A stretch of DNA of 13,215 nucleotides from an uncultured Myxococcales bacterium. GTDB lineage: Bacteria > Myxococcota > UBA4151. The translations under genes were made by a program, and so were the position numbers. The notes below the pieces were generated by a model, which made no database searches, was not told where the DNA came from, and was given only the letters and a program-made list of their open reading frames with translations. Positions 1-7,031 of the stretch are shown here, piece after piece (positions within the stretch are counted from its first letter, which is position 1; every line of letters starts with the position of its first letter). Location of the stretch: the NCBI GenBank assembly GCA_964013405.1, contig CAXGWI010000103.1, positions 1 through 13,215 on the forward strand, given 5' to 3'.

Positions 1-233
1 GGGATCTCGGTGGTCAGCCGACGCTGGGCGTCCAACGGGACCTGACTGATGGGCTGGGCGCCCCTGTCCGTCTCGGCCACCAGCGCCACTCGAGCTTGAT
101 GGCGATCGACCACAACCTCCTGAATTTTCTCCTCAATACTGTTCCAAGCGCCGCAACGATCACAACGCCCCATCCACTGGGCGTGCTCGGCACCGCACTC
201 GCGACAGACATGAAGTTTCTTCGCTTTCGCCAT
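1..233 (-). CDS. radA: DNA repair protein RadA/Sms, N-terminal part (runs off the window edge)
   Basis: Manual translation from ATG at 233: [35 protein letters not shown]...RRLTTEI. It carries the C-x2-C-x10-C-x2-C-x-x-W-N zinc ribbon typical of the RadA N-terminus. The frame is open to the window edge, with purine-rich GGAAGAG just upstream. Not in the ORF track. Confidence 0.93.
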   Translation of the reverse strand, partial: MAKAKKLHVCRECGAEHAQWMGRCDRCGAWNSIEEKIQEVVVDRHQARVALVAETDRGAQPISQVPLDAQRRLTTEI

Positions 234-296
234 GGCTCTTCCTAGGGTGGCCGCCGCCAGGTTAAAAGGGGGGGCTGACAAAAAGACCAAATTGCT

Positions 297-336
297 TTGC
301 ATCCCCGGCCAGGCCCTGTATCTCCGCCGCCGCCGC
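297..336 (+). promoter_or_regulatory. Possible sigma70-type promoter for rpsU with a GC-rich discriminator
   Basis: TTGCAT (297-302)-N16-TATCTC (319-324), followed by CGCCGCCGCCGC, which resembles the GC-rich discriminator of stringently controlled promoters. The -10 is imperfect. Confidence 0.3.
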
Positions 337-370
337 AAGTGCGCTTCGAAGGAAATGCACAGCGAGCCGA

Positions 371-382
371 AAAGGAGGTGAT
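371..382 (+). promoter_or_regulatory. Extended Shine-Dalgarno sequence of rpsU
   Basis: AAAGGAGGTGAT ends 5 nt before the ATG at 388 and is complementary to the canonical 16S 3' tail AUCACCUCCUUU. Confidence 0.9.
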
Positions 383-387
383 TCTTC

Positions 388-615
388 ATGACCTACGTTC
401 AGATTCGCGAGGGCGATTCCATCGAGAAGGCCCTGCGTAAATTCCGCCGTAAGGTCGAGCAAGCCGGTATTCGTAAAGAAGTTCGCAAACGGGAATATTA
501 CCTCAAGCCCGGCGAGCAGAAGCGCAAAAAGGAACGGGAAGCCCAGCGGCGCCGTTTCAAGACGCAGAAAAAGGCCCGTCAAACTCGGGGCCGGAAGAAC
601 GCCTTCAAGCGCTGA
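388..615 (+). CDS. rpsU: 30S ribosomal protein bS21
   Basis: 75 aa and highly basic. [19 protein letters not shown] and [11 protein letters not shown] match the S21 signature. It has a strong SD and a terminator. Confidence 0.97.
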   Translation: MTYVQIREGDSIEKALRKFRRKVEQAGIRKEVRKREYYLKPGEQKRKKEREAQRRRFKTQKKARQTRGRKNAFKR

Positions 616-633
616 TCTATTGTCAGTGTCTCG

Positions 634-672
634 ATGAGAAGCGGAGCGATCATGCTCCGCTTTTCATTTTTT
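634..672 (+). terminator. Rho-independent terminator of rpsU, possibly also serving the convergent gene
   Basis: ATGAGAAGCGGAGC-gatcat-GCTCCGCTTTTCAT forms a 14-bp stem with one G-U pair, followed by TTTTT (668-672). It lies between convergent stops at 615 and 686. Confidence 0.88.
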
Positions 673-685
673 GCCGGGAACAGCC

Positions 686-2125
686 CTAATCATCCCGGGT
701 TTCCAACTCAACCTCGTCATCATCATCGCCCCAGGAGATGGTGAGCGTCCCGTCATCCTCCTCTTCATCGAGGGACGGGAGTGCGGAGCTGATCTCCACC
801 TGATCCACCGCAGCTGCAAGCTCCTGACTACGGCGCGCACGGGGACTCAGTTCCTCTTCTTCTGGATCCGGCGCATAGGCCGGCAGATCTGGCTCGGCGG
901 CGGGCTTGGGCAAGGCCGAGGGTCGCTGGACCCGTAGGTCGGCCCGATGCACGGGCAGATAGACCATGGTGGCCCGGGCCATCATCAACAAGGGCAGGGC
1001 GAAGACCAAGGCAGCGATCAGGGCGATCAAGGCACTCAGAATCAAGGCGGAGACAAGTGCGAGGGCGCTGGGGACGCTCGCTACTGCCCCCTGACCAACA
1101 CTCATCCTCAGGCCATAGAGGTATTGAATACCCGCTTCCAGATCGACAACCCCCTGGCGGGAATAGGCCGCGGCACCATCGGAGAAGTGGCTGAAGGACA
1201 AATACAAAAGGCCGAGAAAGAACCCGCTAAAGGTCAACGCAAAGAGGGTTGGCAGGCCCGCTTCGAGCATCACCCGTGGCTGGCGAAGAGCGCTCTTAAA
1301 ATCATCGATCAAGGCCCCGTCCACGGGGGCCCCCGCGATCAGGTTGAGCGCCAACCAACTGGCGATCACCAGAGCAGAAACACAGAGCATCAAAAACAAG
1401 AGGATGTAGACCAAGCTCAACAGGCTGTTGAGAATGACCAGGCCCACCGCACCGCCCATGCCCCCCACCATGCCGATGATGAGCGAAAAAATGGCCATAA
1501 GGAGGGCATTGATGACCGTAGCGACAGCGGCCACCAAAAGAATGGCCGATGCGGCTTTCACCACCCCCTTGAGCAAATTCTGCGGATTATTGACCCAGGC
1601 GGTCATGGCCAGGGCAAAGGCCAAGCCGAAGGCTGCGCCAAAGCCCCCCGTCAATCCGGTCGCGCCAAGACGGTGACCCACCAGGCAGCCCACCAGAATG
1701 GCTGCGGAAAAAGCCAGCCCGCCCAAAACAGCGCGCCGCAAGACGAAGAAGTCGCCCACCACCGCGGCGAGCCCGTGGTCTGGATGGTCGATAAGATCGA
1801 CAAAAAGCCCTTCAGGCAAGCTGGGCACAGCCAAGCCCGTCACCACGCTCGACGCCGGACTTGACCCCTCATCCACAGGGGCGGTGACCTCTGTCGCCTC
1901 GACCTCTGCTGGCGAGGGTGTGGTCACCTGGGCATGGACGGAGCCATCGTCCGCCACGCGCTGTGAACGCAATTGAGCGACCCAATCTTGGACGCTGATC
2001 CACGGACCCCCGTGCTCACGGACCATGGTGCCGCGGGGGATCTTCTTTTTAGACAACGCCAGGGTCAACTGAGCCGCTGTCGGGCTCATGGTCTTGCCAT
2101 TGGGTAAGCGTATTTCCAGACTCAA
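686..2125 (-). CDS. Hypothetical multi-pass membrane protein with a GYF_2 (DUF4339)-like N-terminus and an acidic C-terminal tail
   Basis: Long ORF with about 6-8 hydrophobic segments. The N-terminus EIRLPNGKTMSPTAAQLTLALSKKKIPRGTMVREHGGPW resembles GYF_2. The C-terminus is D/E rich. The start is placed at TTG 2125 (479 aa) because GAAAGGA (2140-2134) lies 8 nt upstream and the ORF-track TTG at 2146 falls inside a putative -10 box. Confidence 0.8.
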   Translation of the reverse strand: MSLEIRLPNGKTMSPTAAQLTLALSKKKIPRGTMVREHGGPWISVQDWVAQLRSQRVADDGSVHAQVTTPSPAEVEATEVTAPVDEGSSPASSVVTGLAVPSLPEGLFVDLIDHPDHGLAAVVGDFFVLRRAVLGGLAFSAAILVGCLVGHRLGATGLTGGFGAAFGLAFALAMTAWVNNPQNLLKGVVKAASAILLVAAVATVINALLMAIFSLIIGMVGGMGGAVGLVILNSLLSLVYILLFLMLCVSALVIASWLALNLIAGAPVDGALIDDFKSALRQPRVMLEAGLPTLFALTFSGFFLGLLYLSFSHFSDGAAAYSRQGVVDLEAGIQYLYGLRMSVGQGAVASVPSALALVSALILSALIALIAALVFALPLLMMARATMVYLPVHRADLRVQRPSALPKPAAEPDLPAYAPDPEEEELSPRARRSQELAAAVDQVEISSALPSLDEEEDDGTLTISWGDDDDEVELETRDD

Positions 2126-2144
2126 GTCGGGCGTCCTTTCGCCC

Positions 2145-2174
2145 AAACTAGGCCGGTGGCCAAAAAAGGGTCAA
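2145..2174 (-). promoter_or_regulatory. Putative sigma70 promoter for the membrane protein gene
   Basis: Minus strand TTGACC (2174-2169)-N18-TAGTTT (2150-2145), directly upstream of the SD and TTG at 2125. Confidence 0.5.
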
Positions 2175-2192
2175 GCCCCTGTCGGCCTAGGA

Positions 2193-3734
2193 CTATAACT
2201 CACACCAGAGCGGGTAGAGAAAGCGGGGCTCCAAAGGCCCGGTCAACAATTGGCCCAATGCTTCATCTTTCGGGGCCTTCTCACGCAGTACGGGCAACTC
2301 GGCGACACGAATCGGTCGAAGCCCCTCATCCTCCCCCAACAGGGAAAGCGCCTCCTGAGTGCGACCAAGCCCTTCCAAGCTCATCTCTTCGGGGCGACTA
2401 AAGGTGCTGCCCTCGAAGTCGGCCTCGAAAATCGAGACGACGGCCCCAGGCTCAGGAAAGATACTCACCATGAGGCTCAAGGTGGCCTCTAGCTCCTGCC
2501 CCATGGCAGCCATCGTCGCCAGATCACCGATGGGCTCTCCATCGGGCGCCACGGGACGAGGTTTGAGGAGGTGCTCCATCAAGCCCCGGGCCCGGGGCCC
2601 AAGCCATGGTGCTTCCGGCCCCGGCCCGCTGCGCGGATCCTGCCGCAGATGACCGGCCAGCTCGACCAGGGGGCGGACCAGGTTCACCCCCAAGCGAAAG
2701 AGGGTGGCTGCGGCATAATGCTCCATAGACTGGGCCGCGGCCAGGGAGAGTTCGCCCCCCTGCCGCCGGGCCAAGAACTCCAAGCCAAGAGTCACCGTGG
2801 CCCGGACGCGACGGCTTTGTTCCGCCAGGGCCTGTTGGTCGCCCGGGTCACAGGCATCGGCCACCAAGGCCCGGTTGGCGAGATAGATTAACTCCGCACT
2901 GAAAACACGGGCAGCCCCAGCCTCCATCGCTTCGAGCCCCCCCCGCAGCAGATCTCGAGGCCCGGAAAGACCGAGCAACGCAAGTCCGGCTTCATCGGGG
3001 GCCGCGGTCAATGGAACTCGGCGACGAGCAGCCATGAGCCAGTCCAGACTGGCCGGTGCATAGAGAACCCGCGCTTCATCCACCGGTGGGAAGCCAAGTT
3101 CTTCAAGGCGGGCCTGCCGCAAACGAATGCTCTCTTCGCTCAGATGCCCTTCCAACTCCCAAGCGAGGGCCGCTAGGAGCCGGGAAAGCTCCCAAGCGTT
3201 TCGCCCCTCAAGATGGTGCAATAGGCTGCGGATACTCTCGTCATCTCGCTGCTGTTCCCATTGCAGGATCTCCACACAAAACCGCCGATCCGGACTGAAC
3301 CACAGCGCATCGCCTGGGACCGCGTTGGCGAGGGTGGGGTAGCGTTCATCTTCGTCGATTTCATGGACCCGAACGCGCCCCACCAAGTAGAGGAGATATT
3401 GCTCCGGATCGAGGGCCCGAAGGAAGCGGTCCAGTTGGGGGCCCCCGGCTTGCAGGTTCAACATGAGCCAGCCTTCGAAGGCCTCGGACTGGAAATCCTC
3501 CTGCTGCCACGTGGACAGATCCACCAGGCTGCGCAGTTGTTCCTCGCTACAGAAAGGGAGGATGGGAGCCAGCTCGTGGCCACCGAGATCGTGGGCGAGG
3601 CGGTGAAGGACGAGGGGGGATAATTGGGGCACAAGTGCCTTGGCCTGGGGATGATTGGCCAGCCAATCGATGCGCTCCTCAACCCGTAGGTGTTGAAGTT
3701 GCTGGGTTAGGCCCGCCATCGTGAGTTCGCTCAC
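2193..3734 (-). CDS. DUF6178-like hypothetical protein (Myxococcota/deltaproteobacterial family)
   Basis: Motifs EQLRSLVDLSTW..EDF, WL, LDPE, RLEELGFP..EA..LY, ELIYLANR, TVTLGLEFL and LFRLG match my recollection of DUF6178. The start is probably GTG 3734, which overlaps the upstream TGA as GTGA and has GAGGAGG upstream. ATG 3719 is the alternative. The ORF-track extension to 3812 overlaps the upstream gene. Confidence 0.78.
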   Translation of the reverse strand: MSELTMAGLTQQLQHLRVEERIDWLANHPQAKALVPQLSPLVLHRLAHDLGGHELAPILPFCSEEQLRSLVDLSTWQQEDFQSEAFEGWLMLNLQAGGPQLDRFLRALDPEQYLLYLVGRVRVHEIDEDERYPTLANAVPGDALWFSPDRRFCVEILQWEQQRDDESIRSLLHHLEGRNAWELSRLLAALAWELEGHLSEESIRLRQARLEELGFPPVDEARVLYAPASLDWLMAARRRVPLTAAPDEAGLALLGLSGPRDLLRGGLEAMEAGAARVFSAELIYLANRALVADACDPGDQQALAEQSRRVRATVTLGLEFLARRQGGELSLAAAQSMEHYAAATLFRLGVNLVRPLVELAGHLRQDPRSGPGPEAPWLGPRARGLMEHLLKPRPVAPDGEPIGDLATMAAMGQELEATLSLMVSIFPEPGAVVSIFEADFEGSTFSRPEEMSLEGLGRTQEALSLLGEDEGLRPIRVAELPVLREKAPKDEALGQLLTGPLEPRFLYPLWCEL

Positions 3735-5257
3735 CGGACCCGTCGCCTCCTCAGCACCACAGCACCAGCGATTGCGATAAGCCAGATGCTGGGCACACTC
3801 CGGCAACCACAACCACTGTCACCGTAGACGGTCACGAAGGCTTCGCCCCCCTCTTCACCGGCCAATGTGACGCTAAACTTCGCTTCGCCAGGGGATTCAC
3901 CAGGCCGCCATTTACTGGAGAAATTGCCGGTCTCAGGGCTCTGCTCCGGCGCGCCAAAGAAGAAGCCGATGCTCGAATTGAACTCAAGGTCCTCCGCGTC
4001 ATGATAAAAGATACACCGGTTCCCTCGAATCGGATCGCAGACCGCGTCCGGGGGACAGGCTGCACAATCACCACCTACCTCCGAATAAATTCGATCCAAG
4101 GGACCGAATGCATTGCCCCATCGATCCCGCAGCGTGGCAACCACGTCGAGCCCCTGGAGACTTCCAGTGGGCAGCTCGGTGACCGGCTCGCCCGCGGCGG
4201 TGACCTCGATCGTCGTGCCACGAATATCCACCACATCAGGCAACAGGGTCAGCGTGCCCGTACTGGCCACCGCAGCGAAGTAATCGTCACCGGCAAATTC
4301 AGCCCGCATCCGATTCTCCAATGTCCCTGCAGCCGGCAGACCGTCTTCGTTGGGAACGGTAGAGAAGGTGATGCTGGCCCGGCCTAAAACGTCGGTTACA
4401 CCGTAGCCAAGCTTATCGCAGACTTCGCCATAACATTGGCCGCCCACACAGCGTGTGTCCCGCAGGCCCGCAAAATCCGCACAATCGATATCCGTCGTGC
4501 ACATCGCCCGGGGGGTCTCACCGGTCACGCATTCGCCGCCGAGGCAGTTCTCACCCCCTTCGCAATCGCTGGACTCAATGCAACCCACACAGTGGCCGGC
4601 ATGACAGAGCCCACCGGCCTGGCAGTCATAGAAGGTGGCGTCGCCATCTCGGTCCAAATAAAAGGTCAGCCGACGGCCCTGTACACCTCGCTGACTGATC
4701 TCACTCACCGCACCATCGCTGTAGTTCAAATCATGGTCATCATCGCTGTCGACGAGCTCGGCAACCATGATGGCATCGTCGCCAGCAACCCGGCGCAGAG
4801 GTTGAATTTCAAGGCTGACTTGTTCCGGGAGGAGGGTAAAGCGCCCTTCGCCCTCGCCCGCGTCGCCGGCTTCAAGGTCGACGGCGTTGGCCACGAGGAC
4901 ATACTCCCCTTGGCGAAAACTGCGGGCGATCTCCGCCTCGCTTCGATCGGGCTTCAGTTCATGGATCGTATCACAGAGTCCATTATCCAACGGCAATAAG
5001 ACCCGAGCGGTGCCTTCCTCATCGCTGCGTTGGCTGCCGGCGCCACAAAGCTGATCCCCCCGACTTCCCTCCTCCTCGCCGGCTGCATAGAGGATGAAAT
5101 TCACCAAGACCCCTTGGGCGGCGGCGCCATCTCGCTGCACCGTCGCCTCCAGGCGAGCCTCATCGCTGTAACGAGCCAAAACCCGCGGCACCTCCACGCT
5201 GAGTTCGGCTTGAGCGGGTAGCGCGAGCAGCAGACTGAGTGGCAAAAACAAACGCAT
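3731..5257 (-). CDS. Secreted/surface protein with Ig-like (Big/invasin-like) domains, Cys-rich inserts and a MYXO-CTERM-like sorting signal
   Basis: Signal peptide MRLFLPLSLLLALPAQA and SD AAGGAGG. Beta-rich motifs TD.LGRASITF and VATLRDRWGN. The C-terminus SGCGCRSVPSIWLIAIAGAVVLRRRRVR is GCGC + hydrophobic helix + Arg cluster. Confidence 0.85.
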   Translation of the reverse strand: MRLFLPLSLLLALPAQAELSVEVPRVLARYSDEARLEATVQRDGAAAQGVLVNFILYAAGEEEGSRGDQLCGAGSQRSDEEGTARVLLPLDNGLCDTIHELKPDRSEAEIARSFRQGEYVLVANAVDLEAGDAGEGEGRFTLLPEQVSLEIQPLRRVAGDDAIMVAELVDSDDDHDLNYSDGAVSEISQRGVQGRRLTFYLDRDGDATFYDCQAGGLCHAGHCVGCIESSDCEGGENCLGGECVTGETPRAMCTTDIDCADFAGLRDTRCVGGQCYGEVCDKLGYGVTDVLGRASITFSTVPNEDGLPAAGTLENRMRAEFAGDDYFAAVASTGTLTLLPDVVDIRGTTIEVTAAGEPVTELPTGSLQGLDVVATLRDRWGNAFGPLDRIYSEVGGDCAACPPDAVCDPIRGNRCIFYHDAEDLEFNSSIGFFFGAPEQSPETGNFSSKWRPGESPGEAKFSVTLAGEEGGEAFVTVYGDSGCGCRSVPSIWLIAIAGAVVLRRRRVR

Positions 5258-5347
5258 GCATTCCTCCTTTGCCTCGGCCTCAAGCTAAGGGCTATTCCAA
5301 GCCAGGCAAACAGCAAAGCCCCCGCTGGGGGCGATCGGTGGCGATCC

Positions 5348-6985
5348 TTGGCCCAAGTGAGCGGTGAGATCCAGGCCCTTCGGCCCACGCAACTGCGCCA
5401 ATTGCAAAGCCTGGAGCGCCTTCGTTGCCCCCAGGGTCGCTGGCTCGGTGGTGATTTACAACAACGACTCGTCGCCTGTTGCCTCGATCTGGGTCGGATG
5501 GTGGCCCTCCTGATCGACCGACGGGGCGTCGTGACCCACATCGTGCTGGGCAGCCCGGAGCGGGTCTGGATGCCTGAACTGGGTCGAGCAGGGGCCGGCC
5601 CCACGGGGCAACGCAAGCTCCGACTCGTGGTCATCCAACCTCCAAAGCCGGGCCTGCTTTCGGTACCGGCTGACTTAAAAACCGACCTCACCCGCCTGCG
5701 CCTCGACGCCTTGATCCTGCTGCGAGCGGCCCAGGCCGGCGGCATGGATCGAGGGGCGTTGGTGCTGCCACGCTACCAGTCCGATGGCAGCATCGAGACC
5801 GAAGAGACCCTCAGTCAACGCCCGGCCGAACTCCTAGCCCTCGACCCCAGTGACCCCCTTGAAATCATCGATGCCTCCGTCGCTCGCTTACCAGGGCTAC
5901 GTCGAATCGAGGGGCCAGCCTGGGCCCTCGTGGGCGTCCATACCGGCCGGCGAGATGCCATCCGCTTTGAAGAGCTCCGGGAACTGGCTCGAACCGCTGG
6001 GATTGAAGTGGTCCATGAGTGCATCCAAAGACGGCGACGAATCGACCCTCGAACCGTCATCGGCAGTGGGCGGCTGGAGGACTTGGTCCTCGAATGCCTA
6101 GAACGAGATGCGGAAGGGATCATCTTCGACCGCGACCTCAGCCCGAGACAGTTGGCGAATCTTGCCGAAGCCACCGAACTCAAGGTCCTCGACCGCAGTC
6201 AACTCATCCTCGAAATCTTCGCACGCCATGCCTCAACGGCCGAAGCCCGGGTGCAGGTGGAATTAGCCCAGCTCCGTTACAACCTGCCCCGTATCATCGA
6301 GCGCAGCACGGGGCTGAGTCGCCTCGCCGGCGGCATCGGCGGGCGCGGCCCCGGTGAGACGGCCCTTGAGGTGAACCGGCGACGGGTCAGAGAACGGATC
6401 CGGCGACTGCAAAAGCAATTGGAGAAACGGAGTTCCCAGCGGGAGGTTCGGCGCAAAGGACGGGCTCGAAGCGGGCTAAAGCGGGTCGCTATCGTCGGTT
6501 ACACAAACGCTGGAAAGAGCACGCTTCTCAACCAACTCACCCGGGCGGATGTTCTCGTAGAGGACCAACTCTTCGCCACGTTAGACCCGGCGAGTAGGCG
6601 CTGGCTCCTGCGGCAAGATGCGGCCCACGAAGATGCGCGGGAAACGACGGTCGTGCTCTCCGATACAGTTGGGTTTATCGAAGACCTGCCCCAGGAATTA
6701 GTGGAGGCCTTCCGCTCCACCTTAGAAGAACTCAATGACGCGGACCTCCTTCTCCACGTGGTCGTCGACGGCGAAGAGGATGGTGAGAAGCGAGCCTCGG
6801 CCGTGGAGCGCATTCTCAAAGAGATCGACTGTGCATCGATCCCTCGCTTGCTGGTCGAAAATAAATGCGACCTCAGTGGCCGCGAACCCGGCACCCAATC
6901 CCTCTACCACGTTCGAGTCTCTGCTCTTGAGCGCCAAGGGCTCGATGAGCTGCGGGATGTCGTCCGGCAGCGTCTTGGGCTCTAG
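5348..6985 (+). CDS. hflX: Ribosome-splitting GTPase HflX, long form with N-terminal extension
   Basis: G1 GYTNAGKST (from residue 384), G2 EDQLFATLD, G3 DTVG, G4 NKCD and G5 VSA. HflX-specific LILEIFARHA, QVELAQLRY.LPR and GGIGGRGPGE are present. The TTG start is somewhat uncertain. Confidence 0.96.
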   Translation: MAQVSGEIQALRPTQLRQLQSLERLRCPQGRWLGGDLQQRLVACCLDLGRMVALLIDRRGVVTHIVLGSPERVWMPELGRAGAGPTGQRKLRLVVIQPPKPGLLSVPADLKTDLTRLRLDALILLRAAQAGGMDRGALVLPRYQSDGSIETEETLSQRPAELLALDPSDPLEIIDASVARLPGLRRIEGPAWALVGVHTGRRDAIRFEELRELARTAGIEVVHECIQRRRRIDPRTVIGSGRLEDLVLECLERDAEGIIFDRDLSPRQLANLAEATELKVLDRSQLILEIFARHASTAEARVQVELAQLRYNLPRIIERSTGLSRLAGGIGGRGPGETALEVNRRRVRERIRRLQKQLEKRSSQREVRRKGRARSGLKRVAIVGYTNAGKSTLLNQLTRADVLVEDQLFATLDPASRRWLLRQDAAHEDARETTVVLSDTVGFIEDLPQELVEAFRSTLEELNDADLLLHVVVDGEEDGEKRASAVERILKEIDCASIPRLLVENKCDLSGREPGTQSLYHVRVSALERQGLDELRDVVRQRLGL

Positions 6986-7031
6986 AAGCTGCGGGATGTC
7001 GTCCGGCAGCGTCTTGGGCTCTAGAAGCTGC
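6948..7031. repeat. Exact 39-bp tandem duplication of the hflX 3' end (two copies plus 6 bp)
   Basis: AGCTGCGGGATGTCGTCCGGCAGCGTCTTGGGCTCTAGA occurs at 6948-6986 and 6987-7025, followed by AGCTGC at 7026-7031. Confidence 0.97.

Noticed and set aside
14..211. 65-aa minus-strand ORF in the track
   Set aside because: It is an out-of-frame shadow of radA on the same strand.
268..274. G7 homopolymer in the radA/rpsU intergenic region as a phase-variation tract
   Set aside because: It is short for a GC-rich genome and lies between housekeeping genes, with no evidence of length variation.
947..1864. 305-aa plus-strand Q/G/D/H-rich ORF
   Set aside because: It is the antisense shadow of the hydrophobic membrane protein. 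The composition is what reverse-complemented Leu/Val/Ala/Ile codons produce.
3735..3812. N-terminal extension of the DUF6178-like ORF
   Set aside because: It overlaps the sorting-signal codons of the upstream gene. Better starts exist at 3734 and 3719.
5318..5332. GCCCCC-GCT-GGGGGC inverted repeat between divergent genes
   Set aside because: It is only a 6-bp stem in GC-rich DNA and lies between divergent starts, so it is not a terminator. An operator role cannot be supported from one instance.
6948..7031. 39-bp repeat as a CRISPR mini-array
   Set aside because: The copies are directly adjacent with no spacer, the unit is hflX coding sequence, and no cas genes are present.
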